Assembly (NCBI GenBank): GCA_964016885.1
Contig: OZ024743.1
Coordinates: 226,858,001 to 226,922,000, forward strand
Origin: Eledone cirrhosa
Taxonomy: Eukaryota
Direction of reading: 5' to 3'
DNA: 64,000 nucleotides
Shown one piece after another: positions 1 to 13,539 of the stretch. The notes beneath the pieces were generated by a model. The model was not told the DNA's origin. It saw only the letters and a list, made by a program, of their open reading frames with translations, and made no database searches. Position 1 is the first letter of the stretch. Each line of letters opens with the position of its first letter. Made by a program: the position numbers and the translations under genes.

Positions 1-366
1 ATCGAATAGAATGGTTTCATCATAGGTATATTCAATCAGGCCCGACCTGGGAATTAAACAGCAACAATACCGCTGTGTGCACACATGATTTAGGTAGTCA
101 TTCAAACTAGAAATTACAGCCAAAAAATCGGCTTAGTCAGCTCAAATCATTTAAGGAGCAGTCACTATAAATATATAAATCTACAAGGTAAACTGTCCCT
201 AATAGAGTTTCCTCATATACATACATATACACAGATATATAGAGCCTGTTGTATTGTCCAGATTATCTTAGTAGAAAGTTTTTATACAGTATTGGAGTTG
301 CTACTGTACCATGTGATTTTTACGCTGTATGATTATATGGTATATATTCAGATAGTCCCTTTTCAG

Positions 367-471
<105 letters not shown>

Positions 472-984
472 AAATAGATAAAATATTATTAATTTATTAG
501 TAATTCTTATCCTTTCATTGAGATGTTTATGTATTAGAGACAATTACTTTATAAGGTTGTAAATTAAATATATATATATATATGTAAAATAATAGATAAG
601 ATATATAAAATATATAAGATATATAATATATATACGAGATATATCTATAAAATTTAATTCATCACTTTCTGCCCATATTTTATTTAGCAGTGATCCGGTA
701 TGTATGATCATTCTCTTACTTGTGCCATATTCTTTGATGAACTCGCCTCCTGATAATAAAACTTCAGTTCTCTCAGCATTAGTTATTCCAATATCTTGAA
801 ATTCCAGATGCTGATTCCTTGAGTTTTTGAAACCATGGTTGCGGAATTATATGGGTTAGAATTGATTTTCTTTAAAAAATTTGACTTGTATTCCTCCGCA
901 ATGTGTGATCTAGGCTTAAGTTTAATATTTTTAATACTTCTCTGAGTGGATTATGGGTTTATTAATTTATTAGTAAAAAAAGAA

Positions 985-1172
985 GGCGGTGAATTGGCAG
1001 TATCGGTAGAGGGTTGGACGCCAAGCTTTCTAGCATAGTTACGTACCTTTACAGTCTGAGTTCAAATCCCGCCGAGGTTAACTTTGCCTTTCATCCTTAC
1101 GGGGTCGATAAAATAAAGTACCAATAATGTACTGAGTAATTGCTGGCCTTGTGCCTAAAGTAGAAACAATTA
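985..1172 (+). mobile_element. tRNA-derived SINE (family 1)
   Basis: A-box tggcagtatcgg, B-box gagttcaaatcc, body gttaactttgcctttcatcc..ggggtcgataaaataaagtacc. 16-bp TSD attaattt(a/t)ttagtaa. Confidence 0.88.
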
Positions 1173-1465
1173 ATTTTTTAGTAATTCTTATCCTTTCATT
1201 GAGATGTTTATGTATTAGAGACAATTACTTTATAAGGTTGTAAATTAAATATATATATATATATTAATATACATATATATGTATATATATTTATATATAT
1301 ATATATAGTATATATATACTGTATATATATGTATATATGTGTGTGTGAGTATGTGTGTATAGATGTGTATGTATGCGTATTCATATGCATTTATGCAGCA
1401 GTCTATATATATATATATCTATGCATATGTATGTATATGAGATAAACTGTATTAGAGACAGTTTA

Positions 1466-1502
<37 letters not shown>

Positions 1503-1506
<4 letters not shown>

Positions 1507-1589
1507 GTTTCTACGTTTGGCACAAGGCCAGCAAGTACCCAGTGTATTACTGGTACTTTATTTTATCGACCGCGTAGGGAGAAAAGGCA
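1503..1589 (-). mobile_element. SINE family 1, 3' fragment
   Basis: Reverse complement of the 3' half of 985-1172. Confidence 0.8.
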
Positions 1590-1818
1590 CGAGACGAGAT
1601 CACATAGGAAATATATCTGATGATCTTTCGATTATTGAGTGAGGTTCGGTCAATAGTATGTCGTTCCTCGAGCTGATCGATAGTGGTAATATATTATTAA
1701 ATATGCAACACTGAATCTTTGTTCCTTTATTCTTATAGTATTATACTCTGCTCTGAGCGACCATTCGGTGCTCACCCGGCAATCTGCCTACGGACGCAAT
1801 TTTTCTTGCAACCATACG

Positions 1819-1858
<40 letters not shown>

Positions 1859-2351
1859 TGTGTGTGTGTGTGTTCTTGTGTGTGTGTTTGTGTGTATTTA
1901 TGTGCGTATGTGTGGGTATGTGTGTGTGTAAGTGTACTAACTAGAATCGAACCTATTCTATTATTGATTTGAGAAAATGGGAAAAGCAAGCACAACATCA
2001 AATGAAGGAATAGCCTTATACAAGCGATCTACTTAGCATTTTGAGTGCGATACTATCTGTATGTTCTGTAATCTGTCATTCGTTATGATCTCTTCGCTAA
2101 ATCCTTCCTGCAGCCTTTTAATATCAACAGTCATTCATCGTCTTGTCTATTCCATCACACCTTGGGGCATTCATTATATACAGAGAAAAGTGACTAGCGG
2201 TTGTTTTCCAAGCTTAAATATCTGGTATAGAAGAATCTAATCTGCGATTAAAATCACTGTCACATTGTCTGCCTTTATCTTTGATATATCAACTTCAATA
2301 TTTAAATGTGTTTGTGTGTGTTTGTGTATGTGTGTGTGGGGGGTAGGGGGT

Positions 2352-2597
2352 ATTGAATGGACCAACGCCGGTTCCAAAGATGAGTGTTCCAGTTGTTCGA
2401 TAAACGAAACCAGTTGCTTGTGAAATTAACGTACGTGTAAATTTGTGAGCATTCTACAGACGCATATACACTTAAGACATTTCTCATAGAAATTCAGCTT
2501 GAAGCAATATCAGGCAAGGATGGATCTTTTGAATTACAGATGCAACTTGATTTTTCCAGCTGATTGGACTGGAGCAACGTGTAGTAAACTGTCTTGG
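2352..2597 (-). mobile_element. Old SINE-like repeat (family 2)
   Basis: Reverse complement of cagctgattggactggagcaacgtgtagtaaactgtcttg and tttgaattacag aligns with the + copies near 49490-49720 and 61515-61730. Confidence 0.5.
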
Positions 2598-3970
2598 AAC
2601 GGGAAATAAAAGAATATTTAAATATGAGTTAGTTGAAATAATCTAACAGCTTTTACTAGTGTAATAACTTCATATTACAGTTGACAATGAGAAGCTATAA
2701 TTTTATCTCTGGATATCAAATTAATGGAAAGCCTAAGCCATGATATAGCAAATAAATACAGATACCAAGCATTCGACATACAACATTGTTAATAATAATA
2801 TATTAAGTTATATGCAAATATCAATATTTTACCTGTTCTACAAGTGCTCGATTTAAACAACACAAACGCTCAAATACGCTAGTAGTTTGCAGTTGGACAT
2901 GTCACTATACCACTATAACAATTTGTTTATATAATATATACATGGCTAATATCATTGAGAACTTCCTGCACATGGCCATAAACAATCGCATATTGCAATA
3001 TATTATATATATCATAACATTACACATATTGAACAGAATATCATATTGTAATATGTAACAGTCTGTAATCTTTCGTTATACTAGAATTAGCAGGGAAATT
3101 AGACCAAATCACTGATTACTACCGTAAAACGAAAATGATATATTCAATAACATGATAATAGATACACAATTCCTGAAAAGAAAAACGGCGTTCACGATAG
3201 AAAGTCTTTTGACCCTGATCATAGATTTCCTAACTGAATGTTATCCTAGTGTGAAGTAGCAAGAGTTTATTGAATATAGTTGTTGTTTAAGTACCTCAAG
3301 TCCGACCGGAGCACATAGAAATTTCAGTTGTGGCCACCCCAATCTTTTTTTTCAAACATAATGTATCTCATCCTTCTGTTTGGTAGCAAGGTACGATGTG
3401 ATATGATAGGAGATTGACTGTTATTTCAAGAACGGCAAGCGACTATGTAGTTACTACCTCTCTGTATCAACTGCTATGTAACCCCTCCTAAATATATTAT
3501 ACTACAGCTCAATCATTGAGGCATCCTCAATTTATTCATTCGACTGGTTAAAGCTTTATCAAACCACACATATTGGATACTGCGGACTTAGGTAAACTTC
3601 ATGAAGAAGAAAACTGAATAATTAGGGATGGGACGCATTTGAATGAATGGTAGCTCAATCGGAGCTGAACGAGACCTAAATAACAAGAACGACATAACTA
3701 AAATTGGTAAACACATTTGAATTTTAACAAGATGTAGTAATATACAACAGCAGTTGGAAAGAGAACGTGAGAAGATCTTCAAGAAATGTTAAGTAAAAAT
3801 AAAACCACTTTGTTCGACCTCACAGCCAGCGTCCGAAGAGATCCACATAGAGAGACTAAGTACACATGGATATTTATTCATGTTTGTTTATTCATAATCC
3901 ACACCGTATTAGCTGTCTAGTAATTATTAATGGACTATTAACCTTGTATCATTATTTAAATGAGTATCTA

Positions 3971-4190
3971 GGCGGTGGATTGGCAGTATCGGTAGAGGGT
4001 CGGACGCCATGCTTTGCAGCATAGAGTTACGGCTCTTTATGATCTGAGCTCAATCCCGCCGAGGTTAAATTTGCCTTTCATCCTTATGGGGTCGATAAAA
4101 TAAAGTACCAGTCACGCACTGGGGTGGATTTAATCGACTTTCCCTTCCCCTCAAATTACTGGCCTTGTGCCTATATAAGAAACCATTATT
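3971..4190 (+). mobile_element. SINE family 1, long subtype
   Basis: Same head and body plus an internal ggggtggatttaatcgactttccc segment. The repeat cattatttaaatga flanks both ends. Confidence 0.88.
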
Positions 4191-5299
4191 TAAATGACAA
4201 TCATAATCCTAACAATCATAATCCTCTTTATCTTTTAATAGGTTGCGTGTCACTACTTAATATTGGGAAATAATTGTCAGCCAATATTAGTTGTTATAGG
4301 ACAAAATCATTCGGTTTCGATCCTCATTCCAAGCAATCAAAAAGCAGTTTTTGCATAACATATATTTGTTTAAAAGAAAAATTGGCTACACTGCATCATT
4401 TTTTGCTATTTGTTCCTGGAATTTAGCTAGCTTAAATTGTCTTGCTTCCATGACCTACTTGTTGCAGGTGAAAAGTTTTCCAAGCATCGTCGGTGGAAAA
4501 CAATTTTTTTCCTTAAGCTATTTTCATTTTCATGTCCATCTGCTTTTCTTCTCTCCTTTTATCTTCATTCGTTGTATTTATTTTCTTTCTTTCCTTTCTG
4601 TTTTCTCTCTTTCTTGTCTCATTAATTTCTCATTAATACATCGAAACACCTGTGTTGACTTCCTCACATAAATATCTAGCGATCTCATCATACATGGTGC
4701 TGAAACATAACAAAGAGTCTGAAGTATGAGCAAAGTTCGCCGTAGAATATGATGTCGTCTCTCTACAATGTTTGTGTTCGAATCGTAATAATGTTCACTT
4801 TGCCTTACTTCTTCGTGGGATTACTAGGCTTGTTGCATTAATGTCAATTCAATAATTTCTAATCCTTTCCTCTGTGCTGCAATGGGTTTTCCTGTTTGGA
4901 TCTGATCATCCCCGATGGAGCAGGCCGATGATCAAATCCATGACAGTCACGACCATCCCATATAGGGTGTGTGCACAAAAAATATATACACACTTTGATT
5001 ACCTCTACAGGCAATATTTATTAGAATGCTGTTGAAGTGTGTATACATTTTTGCTGAACACTAAGTATTTTCATGAGAGGCTATTTATGACAGCTTTATC
5101 ATCCAATGTTTTCTTCCTGATAAATGATATTGGTGTGATTAGAGGTAGATTTGACAGCTATTTCTTGCAGACAAGTCTAGCAAATACGGAGAAATATCTT
5201 CACAGATGATGCTATTCGTAGTTGGTCTCGTTGTTTTATCTTACCTAACTGTAAACGTCTTTGATGTTGTTGGTGTTATTGGTTTGATATTGAGTCAGG

Positions 5300-5690
5300 C
5301 TTAGCTGCAACGAGAAGAATTTCGCTTCAAAACCATGTAGTACTTCATTCTATCGCGCTCTGTGGTACATTGTCAAGGAATTTCCACAATAGCATTGGTT
5401 CGACAAATACCATGTGGGTGGAATTTGATAGACGGAAATGGTGGAGGCACATTATATATATATACAATTTGTGTGTGTACGTATGGGAGAGGGATTCGTG
5501 TGTGTGTTTTCTTCCATGTCAGTTTTTATGTCCCGTAATTTAGCGGTCAGACAAACACGTCCAACAAAACAATAGCCGGGCTTGAAAACGAAAACTACTG
5601 AAGCTGGGATGTTCGTCTAAATCCCTTTATGACAGGACCCCAGCATGACCGCAATCTAACGAATGAAACCAGTAAACGAATAAAAGAATT
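5300..5690 (+). mobile_element. Old SINE-like repeat (family 3), decayed
   Basis: Resembles an abundant octopus SINE as I recall it (gtgg..tttg.tagacggaaa, gtcccgtaa.ttagcggt, ccagcatg.ccgca, gaaac.agtaaa.gaataaaag). Single copy in the window. Confidence 0.4.
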
Positions 5691-6882
5691 GGTTTGGAAA
5701 AGAAGAGGCTATTCTCTCAGAGATTTATTGATTCTGTCTCTGACTGAATGTTAGACAGTAGCCCAGACGAAGATTATACGACAGTTTTACCTAGAACTGA
5801 TATGAATAGCAAATAGATGTAACGACCATTCGCTAGCTTATCACATGCAAAAACCAGTTAGAGTGAGATTAAAGAGGAAGAGAAAACTATATATGAACAT
5901 TTAAACAAGTAAATAAATGGAAGAACCAATAAATACAAAAATAAATGAATAGTCGATTAATTTGTCTTATTTGGTGAAAAGAAAATATTCGACACGTGTA
6001 CACACATGAACGCACACAAACATACATATATCATATATAGATATATAGAAATGGAGATAGATAGATGAATACATAAATATATCTATATATTTATTTCCAT
6101 AGAAGTGTTCATATAGGCACACATGTAAAACCGACAGACTCGCACACACACATTTATATATACATATATTTATATCTATATATTTATATCTATATATTTA
6201 TATATATATATGAATGTTTGTATAGTATATTTGATAATATACCGTATGTTTAATTAAAAAACATTTTGAAGACCATTCGCTATGAATTTTAAAGTAGTGA
6301 ATATGTCACTTATTCATTCTCGGCAAAAACAAAGTGGAGTAATAGGAGGTGCTGTTTCTCACTCGTTAGCGGTTATCAAGACTACTTACACCTTCGCTTC
6401 TGCCGAGTGTTATAGGAGATGGATTCTTATAGAATTCCAGTAATGGTTAAGAGCTAATTAAACAGAGCGTTTACATGTCCAGCAAAATTAGGTATTAATA
6501 TTGCTGCTCTAAAATAGCGATGTATATATGAACGTATGTAGTGGTGGACTGGCCAGGTTGCCCAATGGCAACTGTACCCCAGGGGACCCACGGTAGCATT
6601 GCAAGGGTCCACAGTAGCATTGCAGGACCCTCTGTAGGATTTTAGGTGCCAATGCTTTGCTTTCAAAAAATACCTGAAATCTAAGAGAAAGAATAACATA
6701 AAAAAAATAAATAAAACAATTACGCAAAGCATTTGGTCAACCAATTCCCCAGGGAATTACTAGAAACCAAAATATACGATGGGGCAAATAGCTGGAATCA
6801 GTGGTTGTACATTCTACTAAATCTAAAGCTTAGTGTATTCATTCATGCATGCAAACATACATATATAGTCACAGACACACAA

Positions 6883-6918
<36 letters not shown>

Positions 6919-6944
6919 TTGTGTGTCTGCGACTATATATGTAT

Positions 6945-7033
6945 GTTTTCTTAACTATTGAGCGCTTGCCAGCATTTCTACGATTTTGCCTTTCGTTTCG
7001 CTTTTTCTACCAGCCGAAATACGATTCTCGCTG

Positions 7034-7103
<70 letters not shown>

Positions 7104-7898
7104 CAGCGAGAATCGTATTTCGGCTGGTAGAAAAAGCGAAACGAAAGGCAAAATCGTAGAAATGGTGGCAAGCGCTCAATAGTTAAGAAAACTAGAGCTA
7201 AACAATATGTTAAAACGCCATACAAACTGAAAAAGTGGTTAAGAAGGCATTAACCACCTAAGCCAAAACACAAATCAAGCTAAACAGGTCAAACAAAATA
7301 AATGATAAAGACAGACCTGGACCCAAATGGAATTGATGGTAAAATCCAAATGCAGGGTTCCTCTGACACCTAAATCAATAATACTGTCTGCTTAAAACTA
7401 TAAACATTCAGCATAAAGTTTGAACAAGGAATATCACGTTATCAACAGGTAATTTTGCTCTGTAACCAGCTTTGCGAGTGACGCAGAACTTTGTAAACGC
7501 ACATGCGTAAGTCACAAGGGCAAATTACCCATATTTTGGCAAATGAATTCAGTATGTGTATATCATACAAAAAATTGCATAGATAGCACAGATCGAATAA
7601 GCACTCAACCGGGTAGTTTTTAAAATAAACTTATGCAATTAATCTGTCAATAGAATTATTAACAGGATAATTGTAAGACTCGGGAGATTAATACAAATAT
7701 AATTCAGCGAGAATCGTATTTCGGCTGGTAGAAAAAGCGAAACGAAAGGGCAAAATCGTAGAAATGCTGGCAAGCGCTCAATAGTTAAGAAAACTAGAGC
7801 TAAACAATATGTTAAAACGCCATACAAACTGAAAAAGTGGTTAAGAAGGCATTAACCACCTAAGCCAAAAAACAAATCAAGCTAAACTGGTCAAACAA

Positions 7899-7905
<7 letters not shown>
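6945..7905. mobile_element. Non-coding (TA)n-associated element: ~601 bp tandem unit plus a short inverted copy
   Basis: 7100-7303 is repeated at 7701-7905. 6945-7037 is the inverse of 7100-7192 across a (TA)n loop. A diverged relative lies at ~13540-13758. Confidence 0.7.
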
Positions 7906-7929
<24 letters not shown>

Positions 7930-8181
7930 AATGAAAGGTATAGAAAACACTGGAGCGAAAAGCGAACAGCATTCCATAGTATATAAGTGACTATAGCGTC
8001 AAAATGGGAAAAATAGTTAACGTAAGATGTGGGAAAAATAATTTAAACTCATCTTAAAGAGAATCAGGATATAAATTCATCCCCAGAATTTAGTGAAATC
8101 CAGGGAAAAATCAATAGAGCCTTAACTCATGATAAAATAAATTTCAAGATACCTATCCTTCAATTTGGAAAAATTTCAAAT

Positions 8182-8259
8182 GCTCTGTATAGTCGTAAGA
8201 CTATTTCATGAAAACTTTCAGCGGAGATGGTCACGGTTGGAGTTCATCATCAGCAGAGC
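8182..8259 (-). ncRNA. Type I hammerhead ribozyme with full stem III
   Basis: Minus strand: gctctg-CTGATGA-tgaact...agttttcat-GAAA-tagtc ttac gacta-TA-cagagc. Confidence 0.85.
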
Positions 8260-8803
8260 TCAACTCGATAACCAGGATTCTCGCAGATTAATATACCAAA
8301 AAGGGAATTCTAAATCTGGCCAGTCCAACATCATGCGTGATCGCGAAAAATGCACATGAGGAAAAAATGGCTATTGACGTCAGAATAAGACGAAAGTTTG
8401 TTTACAAGAAACAACAGTCAAAAACATTCCGAAAAAAACTCTACAGTAAAGAGTTCAGCAAAATGCAATATTATCGCAGTTTTTTATGAAAAAACCGGGA
8501 TAAGTCACAAATAATTTAAGCACTCGAGGAAAAATCCGAGTATAAATATATAAATGAAAGGTATAGAAAACACTTCAGCGAAAAGCGAACAGCATTCCAT
8601 AGTATATAAGTGACTATAGCGTCAAAATGGGAAAAATAGTTAACTAAGATGTGGGAAAAATAATTTAAACTCATCTTAAAGAGAATCAGGATATAAATTC
8701 ATCCCCAGAATTTAGTGAAATCCAGGGAAAAATCAATAGAGCCTTAACTCATGATAAAATAAATTTCAAGATACCTATCCTTCAATTTGGAAACACTTCA
8801 AAT

Positions 8804-8881
8804 GCTCTGTATAGTTGTAAGACTATTTCATGAAAACTTTCAGCGGAGATGGTCACGGTTGGAGTTCATCATCAGCAGAGC
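8804..8881 (-). ncRNA. Type I hammerhead ribozyme, second tandem copy
   Basis: Same as 8182-8259 with one stem III mismatch (gacta to aacta). Confidence 0.8.
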
Positions 8882-8909
8882 TCACCTCGATAACCAGGAT
8901 TCTCGCAGA

Positions 8910-8956
<47 letters not shown>

Positions 8957-9065
8957 TTACACACGTACTACTGACCAAATCGTATTTGATATCAATGGGT
9001 TAAAGACATCTGTCAAATCAGTTAGTGGTGAAGGTGGTGTATATATATATATAGATAGATAGATA

Positions 9066-12000
9066 TCTTTATTTGCCACAGGGGCGCACAAAAATGGGAC
9101 ATTACAAGACATGACGGCGGGAGTTTTACATAAAAATAACTTTAACTTTAATAAATAACAATAAACTATATATAATAAAATAACAATTGAAATCCCCAGT
9201 AGGGGAGAACGTTACTGCAGGGTTGTTTTACACCCCGTGGATAGAACAACCCTCAACACCAGAAACCCGTTTTGTAGGTGTTCCTCTCTTCCCTCTCTTT
9301 ATTTTCCTCAACCTACAGATTTATATACAGAGAAGGCCCATTCACTCGGGCCATTTTCGCCACATTCACCCACCTTTCAGCGAATTTACTGGGGTGTAGC
9401 ACCTCTCTCTCCCCTCTCACATTCCTTCTGAAGTGGTACTTAAAGAAGGGGATAGGTTGTTGTCCGGAGAGAAAGGTGTTTGCTCTCAGTCCTTTTAACC
9501 TCGTCCACCATATTACCTCTTTCGCCATAGCCACCAGACAGAGGAAAACCACCTCTCCTTCGTTCTTAAATGAAGGCGGTGGGGTGATCCTCACGATGAA
9601 CTCGGCTGACAACTGGATGCGTCCCACACGTGACAGCAGCTGTTCGACATAATTCCACAGGTCGGTCACCCCTGGTAACTGAACAATTGCGTGCAGAACG
9701 GTTTTGATGTCCTGCTCGCATCTTGGACAGGTCCTTTTGGCAGGATCTCTGTCAGGGCGTCCGTGCCTCTCGATTTTGTCTCGAACTGGTAGAGCTCTCG
9801 GTAGCACTGCCAGGCCAGAGACCTCTGGAAGTTATCCATAGGTCCTGGACGGAAAGTCCTCCCGAACAGACTGGTCAGTTCGTCCTCCTCGATGCCTAGA
9901 GTTTCCCCGAGAACGTCGTCGCACTTATCCTACACTAATCCCCTATAGAATGTCGAGTCTCCGCTGATTGCCGTTTCCGCTTGGTAGAGGGCTGTGAGCG
10001 CCTGTAGGCACTCGAGGTGCCAGGCACCCATTTTCGATCTTCGCTTGACCCAGGACTGCAGCTCTGTTAGTGAGACGAGTTGTGGAAGAGCTTGTCTCAC
10101 AAACGACAGCCACACCGGTTCACCGGTCAGGAATACCAGGAGATGGCGTAGCCTCAGCGCATGTTTGCGCATCATCAGCCACGGCATGCCCAGCCCTCTG
10201 TTAGAAGGGTGTTGACAGCAGATGGATCTCCTCACCTATGGTTTCTTCCAGAGGAATTTGAAGAGTAGGCGTTCCATTTTGCTAAGGTATTCGCGGGGGC
10301 AAGGCACGACTATCACGCTATGTAAGTGTTCGCCACATCCGCTCGACCTTTCAAGGAGAGTTTGCACTCAGCCCACTTCTGGGTGAGTGTAATCACCTTC
10401 GCCGTGACCTCGTTCCAGTTCTTGTCCACCTGGAGGTCTGGACCGAACCAGCCCCGAGCAATTTCACCGGTCCTTCCGTACAGCGTCCAAAAAAACTGTC
10501 GGAAGGCATGGGTTTGCCTCTCCATGTGCCGAGTTGCAAACTGACAGACTTGTTTGGGTTTAGTCTATTACCCTGATTTCCGAGGTTTTCGACACCATTA
10601 CGGTTTCCGCAGTCCTGGTTCGATCGGGATGCCCTGCAACAGCTCCAACTTCCGCAGTAACGGCTCGTGAGTCAGTACATACAGAATGGATGAGAGAGGG
10701 CATCCCCAACAGATGGAACGCATGATTTGGAATGGCTCTGATAGGTAGCCATTCACCTTGACTGCCGAGCAGATGCTGGTGTGCATGGCAGCGATCCAGC
10801 CTCTGAAAACGGGACAGAAGCCGGATGTCTTGAGAACTGCTTCCAAGTATTTATGGTCGACCCTATCAAATGCTTTAGACTGATCTAAATTGATCAGAGC
10901 CCCACCAAAGCCAGGTTTACACCCTACCCTCTCTATGATGTATCGCATGAAGTGGAGGTTGCCGTGTATGGACCTCGTCGGGATTGTACACGTTTGGGCT
11001 TCCGCTACCAGGTTCTCGACGACAAGCGCCAGCCTTGCTGCTAACCCCTTGGCCAAAATCTTTAACTCTGTATTGAGCAGAGTTATGGGCCTGAAATTGC
11101 TTATCTCATCCCCCTTGTTCTCATCTTTCCTGATCAGCGTTACTACGCCTCTGCCTACAGAACTGGGAATCCTCCCGTTCTGCTGCCAGTTGCAGTAGAC
11201 CACTTCGAGGACGCCAGAGAACAAGTTTGGTATGCCTATGTAAAACTCATAGGGTAGACCATCTAAACTGGGTGATTTGCGTTTCCCACACCGGCCTAGG
11301 GCATCTTCTATTTTGCCCGCTGTGATCGGCCTTTCGTAGCTCTCCGCATCCGTGCTCGAAGTAGGAGCTGAAGTCACCTCGCTCGATGAACCGCTTTGCC
11401 CGAACAGCTGTGCAAAATGCTGCTGGAAGGCCGAGCACATCTGCTTGGATTCAAGTATAATGCGTCCATCTTTGTCTTGCAAAGACTGAATTGTGGATTT
11501 GTTGCCACTTTTCGCCTCTGCCATCGGGCCCAGCTAACAGATTTGGCTCCCTCGTTTCTTAGAGCACGTGTTCTACTTCTGACAATACAACCTTCGTGTT
11601 TCACGTTGAAGAACTGGTCTACTGCCGTTCTCGCCGCTAGCACGTCAGCTGTACTGCCATTCCTAAGTGCCTCTTCTATACCGGTTCCTTTTAGTTTTGT
11701 TTTTTTCTAACGCTACTTCCTTACTAAATGCTATCGATTCTATTCTAATTGCTCTCTTGAGAGAGCTCCACCACCTGTTGTTGACGATCGCCTCCGTCAA
11801 CTGACACTTAACTAAGTTGCTAATCCGTTTGCAGTAGGCCTTACGCGCCGGGAGCGACATGTTTAGCTTCGGGTCCCTGTTTATGTGTTCTATCAAGATT
11901 GACTACGCAAGTGACTAATTTGTGTTCTGAATAGGCAACCATGTGCATTTGTGGACAACTTAATGTTCCTTATCATTCTGTCTAATTAAAAATCTATCTA

Positions 12001-13213
12001 AATACGATATAGAGGGCCCAGTGCGGTTGCTAGACGTCCACAGTGGTGCACTTGGGAAGTCTAGTCGATATCTATCAGCCAGTTGGAATTGGCTGATGAG
12101 AATTTTGAGGCTATTACCCCCCCCCCCCCCCCCCCACACACACACACTCACACACCTCTATTATCACAAGCTCCTACATAGTCCCAACGTGCGTCTAAGA
12201 TGACATTCCAGTCCCCCGCTAACACTAAGGAGCGAGACGTTCCCAGGAATGGCTCCAGACGCTTGAAGAACTGTCGTCGCGATGTCCCAGTCGGGGCATA
12301 TATGGCCACCAGTCTGAAAGCTCCACCTTCACTACCATTCACGTCCAGGACCACCAGGCTGCCCTCCGGGTCCAAGTGAATCGTCTATATTTTGAGATCC
12401 AAGTTTTTTCAAAACAGAACAGCAACTCCCCCTCCACCTCCTGGCTGACAGGGAGATACGTAGATCTCAAAATCATCGAACATGGGGTTTAGCTGCTGCT
12501 TGTCGTGAATCCTGGACTCGGTGATGGCTATCACATCTATACAATGTGACCTGAGATCATTTAAAGCTAGCCCTGTTTCCAGGACATACCTAGGCCACGT
12601 ACATTCAAACATCTAGCTTGTATAGTCGCCATGTTGGTGAAGAAGAGTTAAGGAGAGAAAAGGCAGGAACACTTACCTTTTCGTTTCCTGGAGGTCGGGT
12701 TGTTAGATCTCCATGTCCAGATTGGTGGTGTTTGGGGAGGGAGGGAATCATTTTAGCAGGACACGGTTAAAACGATTTTGGCAAGGGGGGTCCACATCAT
12801 GTGGGAAGTTCTCTTTTAAAGTTTCATGTTGTAGGGTTGTTACCCTGATAAGTTTGAGGGCGGGTCGTTGGTGGGGGAGGTTTTCCCTTCCGTTTGTATT
12901 GTGGAGTCCTTTCGGACAGTTTCCACCAGTTCTTTGTTTCTTGTTTTTATGTATGTGTAGTGTGTTTTGTTTTTTATGTGTACTGTTTCTGTTTGTAGTT
13001 TTCTTTTTGTGGTTGGGGTTTGTGATTGTGGTGGTGTGGGTGTTTGTTTTGTTGGTGAAGTGTTTGGTTGTGTTGGTGGTGATTGTGTTGTTGGTGTGTT
13101 TGTCGTTTGTGGCGGTGTGTTTATGGGGGGGTTCGGTGTGGGCGTGTTTTCTGTAGATGTTTTTGTGTCTTTTTTATGCCTTTTTGTTTTCTGGATTTTT
13201 GGGGTTCCCCTTT
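9066..13213 (-). mobile_element. Decayed L1/Tx1-clade LINE, 5'-truncated
   Basis: ORF2 remnants 12632 to 9313: APE endonuclease (DVIAITES, LVAIYAP, LAGDWN, SYLDRFL), RT (KSPSLDGLPYEFY, NFRPITLLNTELKILAK, NLDQSKAFDRVDH, GCPLS; YADD segment deleted) and C-terminal CPRC..H. T/N/K-rich ORF1 end upstream, AATAAA at the 3' end. Confidence 0.9.
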
Positions 13214-13539
13214 TATATATAGATAGATAGATAGTTAGTTACACACACACACATTATATATATATATTGAGTGATTGTGAAAGACCAAAGTTCTTTATTG
13301 AAAGTCTGTGAATTTAACAAAATACATTATATTTTTATTGGAGAAGGTAAGATATTTTCCAGCAAATGTTCGATTGTACTGTTTTGTTTCCGCTTATGTA
13401 TTTTTGGAAAATGTTATTCATTCATTATAAAAAATAAATGATAGCATTCTATATGTAGGTGGGCCTCCTGAATCTGGCAACCAATATTTTTAGACCTCGT
13501 CCGACACTATATATATATATATATTTCAATCATATCTCA

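Larger units (their letters stand above)
7927..8915 (-). mobile_element. Non-coding tandem element (~622 bp unit, ~1.6 copies) with two hammerheads; retrozyme/non-autonomous PLE-like
   Basis: 7927-8295 is repeated at ~8550-8915, bounded by (TA)n on both sides, with one HHR per unit. Confidence 0.8.

Noticed and set aside
8165-9062. Duplicated 64/91 aa ORFs (MEKFQMLCIVVRL...)
   Set aside because: TTG starts, antisense to the hammerheads, and no domain similarity.
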